Positions 1 to 8,968 of a stretch of 64,000 nucleotides of DNA are shown here, one piece after another. The notes below the pieces were generated by a model, which worked only from the letters and a program-made list of their open reading frames with translations, was not told the DNA's origin and made no database searches. The DNA comes from Chrysomallon squamiferum. Its lineage: Eukaryota; Animalia; Mollusca. The position numbers were made by a program, and so were the translations under genes. Within the stretch, counting starts at the first letter, position 1, and each line of letters opens with the position of its first letter. The stretch covers positions 39,122,001 to 39,186,000 of the forward strand of contig CM022665.1 in NCBI GenBank assembly GCA_012295275.1, in the 5' to 3' direction.

Positions 1-2
1 CT

Positions 3-452
3 GAGAGTGTCAGTGATGGGGAGTTTGTGCCTAAGTCAAAGGGCAAAGCAGCAAAGAAACGACACCTGTCCGCAGAAACCAAAGATATGGGTTATTCATG
101 TGACAGACGCCGCCCAAAACAAAAGAATAACCCTTCCAACTATCTGGTTGCCAAGAACAGAAAGCTCTCTGGAGAGTCCACATCATCGGGGCAAAGTCAA
201 GCGGTTACGATGAGCAATCAGGATAGGTTTGAGTGGATCAGACTAAAACCAGATAGGAAAATTTTTGCGGAATCAAATATGAATAATTCTGCTGTCAGAA
301 GAGTATTCCGTGAAGGCGCTATGAACAAACATAGTCAGGATTCATTCACTAACGGATTCGCCCCATCAACGAGTTCTTGTTATAGTCATCCAGAGGACAA
401 CTTTGTTGTCGTTGATTATGATGATAAACACAACGATCGTAAATCTGTGTAA
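3..452 (+). CDS. 3' end of an unknown ORF running in from the window edge (basic/Ser-rich, ESVSDGEFVPKSKGKAAKKRHLS...SAVRRVF...VVVDYDDKHNDRKSV*)
   Basis: Frame is open from position 3 to TAA at 452 and is more GC-rich than its flanks. A degenerate paralogous copy lies at ~1125-1423. No family recognised. Confidence 0.4.
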   Translation, partial: ESVSDGEFVPKSKGKAAKKRHLSAETKDMGYSCDRRRPKQKNNPSNYLVAKNRKLSGESTSSGQSQAVTMSNQDRFEWIRLKPDRKIFAESNMNNSAVRRVFREGAMNKHSQDSFTNGFAPSTSSCYSHPEDNFVVVDYDDKHNDRKSV

Positions 453-643
453 GATTTATTATATGTTTATCTTACTTTTTTAAAATTTTACTTTTTATTT
501 TTTCTTCATTTAAAAAGAAAAGAACCAAAATGTGATTAATGTGATGTATATGAACTTATATCATTAATTACAGCCAGCCACACATTTCTAAATTTAGCAT
601 TAATGTTGTTATTATTACTATTTTATATATATATATATATATA

Positions 644-694
<51 letters not shown>

Positions 695-1124
695 CATTAC
701 TTTTTATTATTATTAAATTACACTATTGACTCCTCAAAGGAAGTTAAATTTATTCTATTCTGTTCCATTAAAGTGGAATATTCCGTATGTAATACTGTGT
801 TGTAATAATTCCCGTATATGGTGTTAATTAGTAACTGAATCTGTTAAAAAATAACACAGGTGTGGGTTAATACTAATATTTGTTACATTTCACTTATGTA
901 TGGAGTTTAATGTAGCTACATGCAACTTTTAACTGCCTTTTATACCATTATCTAGTCATAATATATACACATAATAAATATTTCACAAAATGTACAAGTT
1001 GTTGTTTTTAGAGATGTGACTCTTGACTAAGATTAGAGTTACGGCCCTTCGTTGTCATTGATTACTTTCTTTCTCGTAATGCAGCACGAGAGATAAATGG
1101 AAAACCAAAAGTGAATGGTCTGTT

Positions 1125-1423
1125 TTAAAACAGAAATCCCACGCTAACATCTGGGTCAAGACCTGTGGTTATAATGAGCATTCAGGATATGTTCGAGTTG
1201 ATCGAAACAAAACCACACTGTTTTTTGAAACAAAGACCAAAACCCGAGAGGAAATGTTTTGCGAGGTAAAAAAAAAAAAAAAGATTCTGCTGTCAGAAGA
1301 GTATTCCTAGAGGGTGCTGTGAACAAACGTTGTCAGGAATCATTCACAAGCGCAGAGTCTATCAACGAGTTCTTGTTATAACGACCCAGACGTCAACGTT
1401 GTTGTTAATTATAACGATGAATA
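1125..1423 (+). pseudogene. Frameshifted duplicate of the tail of the 3-452 ORF
   Basis: VIMSIQDMFELI vs VTMSNQDRFEWI; KPERKCFA vs KPDRKIFA; near-identical DNA attctgctgtcagaagagtattcc and atcaacgagttcttgttata. The frame is broken at the poly-A at ~1268-1282 and again downstream. Confidence 0.6.
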
Positions 1424-1842
1424 AGTGCATAATCTATCATATGTTTATCATTTCTTTTCTTTTTTTTTAAATTTTATTTGTTTGTTTTTATTTTTCCTTC
1501 ATTTTTCAAAAAAAAAAAAAACCCACATTGTTGAAGTAATGTTTGTGCAAGATGCTCACAGTTCCAACAACAACAACAACAACAAAAATGTGATTAATGT
1601 GATATATATGAACCTACATCTTTAATTACAGCCAGCCACACATTTCTAAATTTAGCATTAATGTTGTTATTATTATTATTATTATTTTTATTAATTTTTT
1701 TAATATTTTTTTTATTATTACTTTTTATATTATTATTATTATTATTTTTATTAATTTTTTAATATTTTTTATTATTATTTTTTTATTTTTATTAATTTTT
1801 TTAATATTTTTTTATTATTACTTTTTATATTATTATTATTAA

Positions 1843-1876
<34 letters not shown>

Positions 1877-2493
1877 AAATTACAGTTTTGATTCCGTTAA
1901 CGAACGTAAATGTATTCTGTTCTGTTCCATTAAAGTGGAACATTCCATATGTGATACTGTGTTGTAATAATTCCCGTATATGCTGTTAATTAGTAACTAC
2001 GTCTGTTAACAAATAACACAGGTGTGTGTGTTAATACTAATATTTGTTACATTTCACTTATGTATGTAGCTACATGTAACTTTTAATTGGCTTAATATAT
2101 ATGTTTTAAATTATTTCACAAAATGTACAAGTTGTTGTTTTTAGACTTGTTTTTTTTTTTACTGTGATTACAGTTATAGCCTTTTGCTGTCATTGATTAC
2201 TTTCTTTCTGATAATGCAGCATGATACTTTAATGGCAAACCAAAAATATATGGTCAGTTATTAAATTGAATTTTTAAAATTTCAATATAAGTATTCAGAA
2301 GGCTGGTCAAAATTCAAATGAATTTTATTAAAATGCATCCGTAAATTTTCAATATTAATATTAATTAGTGCTTCCTCATGTATAAACCATCCTTATTAAT
2401 GTTGCTATTATTATTATTATTATTATTTTTATTAATTTTTTAAATATTTTTTTATTATTACTTTTTATATTATTATTATTATTATTATTATTG

Positions 2494-2545
<52 letters not shown>

Positions 2546-3159
2546 ATTACAGTTTTGATTCCGTTAACGAACGTAAATGTATTCTGTTCTGTTCCATTAA
2601 AGTGGAACATTCCATATGTGATACTGTGTTGTAATAATTCCTGTATATGCTGTTAATTAGTAACTACGTCTGTTAACAAATAACACAGGTGTGTGTTAAT
2701 ACTAATATTTGTTACATTTCACTTATGTATGTAGCTAAATGTAACTTTTAATTGGCTTAATATATATGTTTTAAATTATTTCACAAAATGTACAAGTTGT
2801 TGTTTTTAGACTTGTTTTTGTTGACTGTGATTACAGTTATAGCCTTTTGCTGTCATTGATTACTTTCTTTCTGATAATGCAGCATGATACTTTAATGGCA
2901 AACCAAAAATATATGGTCAGTTATTAAATTGAATTTTTAAAATTTCAATATAAGTATTCAGAAGGCTGGTCAAAATTCAAATGAATTTTATTAAAATGCA
3001 TCCGTAAATTTTCAATATTAATATTAATTAGTGCTTCCTCATGTATAAACCATCCTTATTAATGTTGCTATTATTATTATTATTATTATTTTTATTAATT
3101 TTTTAAATATTTTTTTATTATTACTTTTTATATTATTATTATTATTATTATTATTATTG

Positions 3160-3214
<55 letters not shown>

Positions 3215-3594
3215 ATTACAGTTTTGATTCCGTTAACGAACGTAAATGTATTCTGTTCTGTTCCATTAAAGTGGAACATTCCATATGTGATACTGTGTTG
3301 TAATAATTCCTGTATATGCTGTTAATTAGTAACTACGTCTGTTAACAAATAACACAGGTGTGTGTGTTAATACTAATATTTGTTACATTTCACTTATGTA
3401 TGTAGCTACATGTAACTTTTAATTGGCTTAATATATATGTTTTAAATTATTTCACAAAATGTACAAGTTGTTGTTTTTAGACTTGTTTTTGTTGACTGTG
3501 ATTACAGTTATAGCCTTTTGCTGTCATTGATTACTTTCTTTCTGATAATGCAGCATGATAGTTTAATGGCATACCAAAAATATATGGTCAGTTA
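1877..3594. repeat. ~668-bp AT-rich tandem duplication (about 2.6 near-identical copies) punctuated by (TTA)n tracts
   Basis: Unit start aaattacagttttgattccgttaacgaacg recurs at ~1877, ~2544 and ~3213. A diverged copy lies at ~716-1120 and partial copies at ~3810-4070. Confidence 0.9.
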
Positions 3595-4927
3595 AATATA
3601 CTTCTTGTGATTAAAAGGTAAATATCGTAATAAATATCGTATATAAAATAAAAAAATTATATTATGCCATGTTAAAATAGCAAGATCTCTACAGAAAGTG
3701 TATTTTAAAATAACTGCAGTATTATAATTATTATTATTTTAAAAATTAAATTTTCATCCTTTTTTTTTTTGCATTTATTTATATATGTATTACTATACAC
3801 ATTTTTTTTTAAAATTTCAGTATAAGCATTCAGAGGTCTTGTCAAAATTAAAACGAGTTTTATTAAATGCATCTATAAATTTTCATTACGAATATTAATT
3901 ACTGCTTCCTCAACAAGACTTAAAATATGCTTATTAAATTGAATTTTTAAAATTTCAATATAAGTATTCAGAAGTCTGGTCAAAATTCAAATGAATTTTA
4001 TTAAAATGCATCCGTAAATTTTCAATATTAATATTAATTAGTGCTTCCTCATGTAAAAACCATCCTTATTAAAATGTGTTTATGAATTTTCATTATTAAT
4101 ATACATTTATGGCTTTTATGTCAAAAGTAGCATTTTACTGTAATCACAGATAAATATTTCAACATATAACACAAACTGCTTTATGATGTATACAATAATT
4201 TCGACATAAATCATTGATTTTCATTGCCTATAATTATTCATGTATTCTGAATATTGTTTTATTAACTTTTCTGTTGTTTATACATAGAAAGAAATATATT
4301 ATTTTTCCAAAAATACCGTATAAAAACAACAAAAATTTAAAAATAATTTTTTTTGCAATTTTTGGACAAAAAGCACAAAAACATGTATGATTAATGTAAA
4401 GAAAAGTTTTTTTTTTTTTCTTTTTCTTTAAATATGCAGTTCATAGACAAAAACACCAATAAGTATGTGATTAAAGAACAGAGTATAATTTTTTTTTTTT
4501 TTTATTTTTATAATGTTATACAAAAAAAAATATAACTAATTGTTACAAAGTTTAAAAAACAAAACAAACAGTAGTACAATTTCTAGACAAGAAGTTTGTT
4601 TAAAAAAAAAAAAACCTCAAAAAAACAAAAAGTAGTACAATTTGTAGACAAGAAGTTTGTTTTAAAAAAAACAACAAAAAAACCCATTATATTTCAGAAA
4701 ATGTATAATTTTTATAAAAGAACAAATTCATCACAAAATAGATAGGGCAGATGTAGAATTTTTTGTTTTTTTAGTAAAAATTTATAACTTAACTGCTTTT
4801 AACTGAAAATGAAACACAATTAATTATTCATCTATATAAATTGTTATAAATAAAAATTTCATGCAATTAATATATTAAATATACATCCATTTCTTAATGG
4901 AAGAGTGTGGTGGTTCAAAAAAAAATA

Positions 4928-4959
<32 letters not shown>

Positions 4960-5407
4960 AAAATAAAATAAAAACAATAAAAACATTTTTCCTCTTTGTT
5001 GTTGTTCAACATACAAATTTAAATAAAAGATTGTAATTAAGAAATTTCGTCTTTGTTATTTTATATTTAAACTTGGTTATGTTTACAATTTTTACAATTT
5101 TGCTGTTCTTCCATTCTAACCAGTGCTCCACGGTTAATGCATTAGAGCTCAGTATGTTTGTATGGTATCCTCCGTCTGTCCCTCATCCCATCTGTCACGC
5201 ACAGGTCATGGCTGGGTGAACTGGTAACTATATTTTTTACCCAGAATGAAGTGATCTTCCGAGTTGTTACACAATTTATTCTTGTTGTGTAAAAATCCAT
5301 CGAAAAGAATTTGTGAACCGTCTCTTGAAAAAATAAACATATTCTATTTGTCGTAACCCAGCCGTGATTGAGAAATGAAGGTGTGAATGTGAAAAAAAAA
5401 AAAAAAA

Positions 5408-6000
5408 ACGTGCTAATCAGAGCAAGCTATTGTGAAGCACGTCTACGACGGGCATGCTTTCTGACAGGTCAGCGGGCGTGTCTGTCGCAGAACTGAATGA
5501 AGGTAATGGAAATGGAAATGGAAAAAATTAACGTGCTAATCAGAGCAAGCTGTTGTGAAGCATGTCTGCGACGGGCATGCTTTCTGACAGGTCAGCGGGC
5601 GTGTCTGTCGCAGAACTGAATGAAGGTAATGGAAATGGAAATGGAAAAAAAATAACGTGCTAATCAGAGCAAGCTGTTGTGAAGCATGTCTGCGACGGGC
5701 ATGCTTTCTGACAGGTCAGCGGGCGTGTCTGTCGCAGAACTGAATGAAGGTAATGGAAATGGAAATGGAAAAAAATTAACGTGCTAATCAGAGCAAGCTG
5801 TTGTGAAGCATGTCTGAGACGGGCATGCTTTCTGACAGGTCAGCGGGCGTGTCTGTCGCAGAACTGAATGAAGGTAATGGAAATGGAAATGGAAAAAAAT
5901 TAACGTGCTAATCAGAGCAAGCTGTTGTGAAGCATGTCTGCGACGGGCATGCTTTCTGACAGGTCAGCGGGCGTGTCTGTCGCAGAACTGAATGAAGGTA
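5408..6000 (+). repeat. GC-rich 123-124 bp tandem array, ~4.8 copies, each with an internal hairpin
   Basis: acgtgctaatcagagcaagc starts at 5408, 5531, 5655, 5779 and 5903; units are nearly identical. Confidence 0.95.
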
Positions 6001-6494
6001 CAACTTTTATGCACTTATATGTAGCTGACTTCACTAAGCTAAACTCTTTAATAATCAGACTGGCATTGTTTTCACTAAAATACTTACTTAAGTTTAAACA
6101 AAGCGACTGACGGAGGTTGAAATTTTGGCAATACTAGAATGTTAATTAATTTCCCAGTTAGTAATCCCAACACAAAAGCCTTCAGAGATAATCCCACTAT
6201 CACGTGACCTACACAGCCAATCAAATCAAGTATTTTGTTAATCTGATTTTACTGAAAGTGACAACAAAAATATCTGGTGTGCCTAACAAACGTAGATAAA
6301 ACTTGTGACACTTTATCATAAAAAAAAATATTTTAGAAAGGCACTTAGTAACACTAAAATATATAAAACATGTAAATACATGTTTGTTAATTAATATCAA
6401 CACATATTTACCGGATTAAAAATATACATGAAAAATTCTCAAATATAAAGACTACATAAACTGGTACCAAACATATAAAAAAAAAAAAAAAAAA

Positions 6495-6590
6495 TGCGAC
6501 GGACACGCCCGCTGACCTGTCAGAAAGCGTGCCCGTCGTAGACGTGCTTCACAACAGCTTGCTCTGATTAGCATGTTAATTTTTTTCATT
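6495..6590 (-). repeat. Inverted partial copy of the 124-bp unit
   Basis: tgcgacggacacgcccgctgacctgtcagaaagcgtgcccgtcgtagacgtgcttcacaacagcttgctctgattagca is the reverse complement of the array unit with a few transitions. Confidence 0.95.
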
Positions 6591-6820
6591 CATTCGTTCA
6601 TATAAAAATTAGCGTGTTTGCGTACACTAGAAGATATTTTCCTGAATTATTAAGTTTTCTTAATTTTTTTTTTTTTTTTTTTATTATCATTTGTAGTCGG
6701 TGATTATTCAGCTAATATTACAGGGGTTTGCTTAATCAGTCCCTAAGCTGTTTGTATATTCAGATACACACATCCAACCAGTGGTCAATGACCGAGGTGT
6801 TAAGGTCAATGTACAGTTCA

Positions 6821-6821
<1 letters not shown>

Positions 6822-6876
<55 letters not shown>
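6822..6876. repeat. (GT)n microsatellite
   Basis: Seen directly. Confidence 0.95.
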
Positions 6877-6877
<1 letters not shown>

Positions 6878-7562
6878 TGTGTTGTTACCTGTGTCATTAA
6901 AAATAATTATAATAAAAACCGAAAAAGATATTAAACTTACACTTAATCACCATTAATATTCAAATGTATTAACCCTTTGTATTCTGGCCATTTTTAAATT
7001 ATACGCCAGGAAATCAACACTATAAAATACACATTCCACAAACTAGTAATAACAACATGAGGCACTGTTATGAACAAAATTGGTTGGGTATAAAACTGGG
7101 CTATGAAACATACATAATTAATTTTTCCTGCACCTGAAAACCAGGAAATGAAAGCCAAAAAGTTAAAGTTTTGTTAACTCTTTGGTGCCAGATTTTTTTT
7201 TTTATATATATATATAATGTGTACTTGCCAGTGCCAGGTTAAAAAAAAACAAAACAAAGAAAACAAAAACAACAACAACAAAAAACAGAGACTCAACAAA
7301 GTTTATTACAATGTATTACATCACTAACACATATTTACTGCACATTGCCCCATACAATTTGATAATGATAACAAAAACTTACAACAGTATTTTATAGTTC
7401 TATACGGCTGTACGGTAAAAATATGGTCTGGGTTGTCAGCAATATGAATACGAAATGAGAAGCAAATGTCACATGACTAAATTATTAAACCTGATTGGCT
7501 GGCAACAATTTGTTCATGGAAATAATAAAAACTAAAAAACAAACTTGACTGACTGGCTTTAA

Positions 7563-7565
<3 letters not shown>

Positions 7566-7606
<41 letters not shown>

Positions 7607-7617
7607 TGCGTGTGTGT
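7566..7617. repeat. (GT)n microsatellite
   Basis: Seen directly. Confidence 0.95.
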
Positions 7618-7716
7618 AGCATGTGCGTGTGTTTGTGACCTTTGTAATTAGATATGATAATGCTCTTTTATATTCAGTTTGGCGTGCAATTCGTGCAAGA
7701 AGATGTCAGTCAAAGT

Positions 7717-7767
7717 GGGCGGAGGTTAGCGCTATAAAAGCAGTTACTTTCAGTCTGTTCGTCAGTC
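7717..7767 (+). promoter_or_regulatory. Candidate Pol II core promoter (GC box, TATA box, TCAGT initiator) upstream of the NS1-like relic
   Basis: GGGCGG at 7717-7722, TATAAAAG at 7733-7740, TCAGTC at 7750-7755 and 7762-7767; the latter is ~30 nt from the TATA start. Confidence 0.55.
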
Positions 7768-8239
7768 AATCAGGGGCAACCGATATAAGAAGACTGATGT
7801 TGTGAGGTATAATGACAACTTATTGTATCCTTATGACAACTAGTTCGAAATAAGGTCTCGAAGTTAGAGCTATTTTTAAAGAAAAAGGGAATGGAAATAG
7901 TGCACAAAGTTAATCTCTTATAAAAATCTGAAAATGATGAATCCGATGACGTAACCATATCCAGTAGCAAAAAGAAAACAAAGTTCAACAAGTCACTCCG
8001 AGTTGACGGAAATCATAAATGTTTTATTGCAAATGACGAAAGCAACAAGCGAGAAAGCATTGATAAATCGAGTTCTCCGTAACAAACGGCGCTTTGATAA
8101 AATCTGCGGAAAGACGGGACCAGGAAAATTGGGGGGGGGGGATTTAAATATATAAAAACTAACCCCAATTATCAATGAGTGGTAAAAGAACTGCTGACAA
8201 CGAGAATTCGGCTCATCGGCTCATTCATCGTGTCTCAAG

Positions 8240-8968
8240 GTGGCCACGGCAGAAGAATCGGCAATGAACTTTGTTTTATGGCCAACATTGGACCCAATGG
8301 ATATAGCAGCCAAAATCGTCGCTATACTGGAAAAACTCGATGTGTTTAAAAGTTGCATCTTTGCCCAGGGTCCATGGACGGTTGGCAAGTCTTATTGGTT
8401 CATCAAGCCGTTCACCCTCTCCATCCAGCGCCATAGGTCGAGTAGGAAAGGATGAACGGTTCGCCTTTGAGACTTGTATAAACAAACGACTCATCTTAAT
8501 AGACGAAGCCAGCATCACGAAGGCTACAGTCGAGAGGTACAAACGACTTCTCCAGGGCAACGACGTTGAATTCGAAATCAGTTGCCGTCCCCTACAACGT
8601 TTGAAAAAAAAACGCCGGTGTTCATGTGTTCGAACAACGCACCGTCGATAGGAATCGCGATGGAGGACAGCGAGGCCATCGAGAATCGCATCTGGCGATT
8701 CAGTAGCAGATGCCAAGTTCCCAGATCTAAAAATGTGGGTGGTGTTCCACGATTTTTTCAGACCCGAGAGAGGAAGCATTGGACGGGTTTGATTTTGAGT
8801 ATTTCGCTCCACGTCTCAACTCCAACACGCAGCACGACTCTTTCTGTTCATACGGACGAGGGTCGCATTGCCAGCGATCCCTGCAAACATCGAGTGACTG
8901 TCAAACATAGACGATGTATTAAATATAACTACAAGAGACTTTTTAATACCAAAATTAATCAGAAATGA
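8240..8968 (+). pseudogene. Endogenous parvovirus/densovirus NS1-like superfamily 3 helicase fragment, frameshifted
   Basis: Three overlapping + ORFs join into the SF3 motif order. Walker A CIFAQGPWTVGKS (GPWTVGKS at 8369-8392); then RFAFETCINKRLILIDE (Walker B, ~8490-8507) and B' YKRLLQGNDVEFE; then motif C TPVFMCSNN and Arg-finger AIENRIWRF. Frameshifts at ~8415-8430 and at or near the A9 run at ~8604-8612. Confidence 0.82.

Noticed and set aside
5140-5375. ~80-codon stop-free frame on the minus strand beside the hairpin array
   Set aside because: No convincing start, motif or second copy; cannot be distinguished from chance.
5408-6000. CRISPR-like array or hammerhead-ribozyme satellite
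   Set aside because: The linkers are not unique spacers and the context is eukaryotic. CTGAATGA...GAAA does not fit the CUGANGA/GAAA core with proper stems on either strand.
6969-7242. TTAACCCTT/TTAACTCTT piggyBac-like ends
   Set aside because: No matching inverted partner with a TTAA duplication could be established.
8601-8615. Programmed -1 frameshift at A AAA AAA in the helicase
   Set aside because: The frame change is -1 at a slippery run, but other frameshifts and stops lie nearby and homopolymer indels are common. Decay or error is simpler, and no stimulatory structure was established.
8276-8812. 178-aa minus-strand ORF
   Set aside because: Antisense shadow of the GC-rich helicase relic; no motifs.
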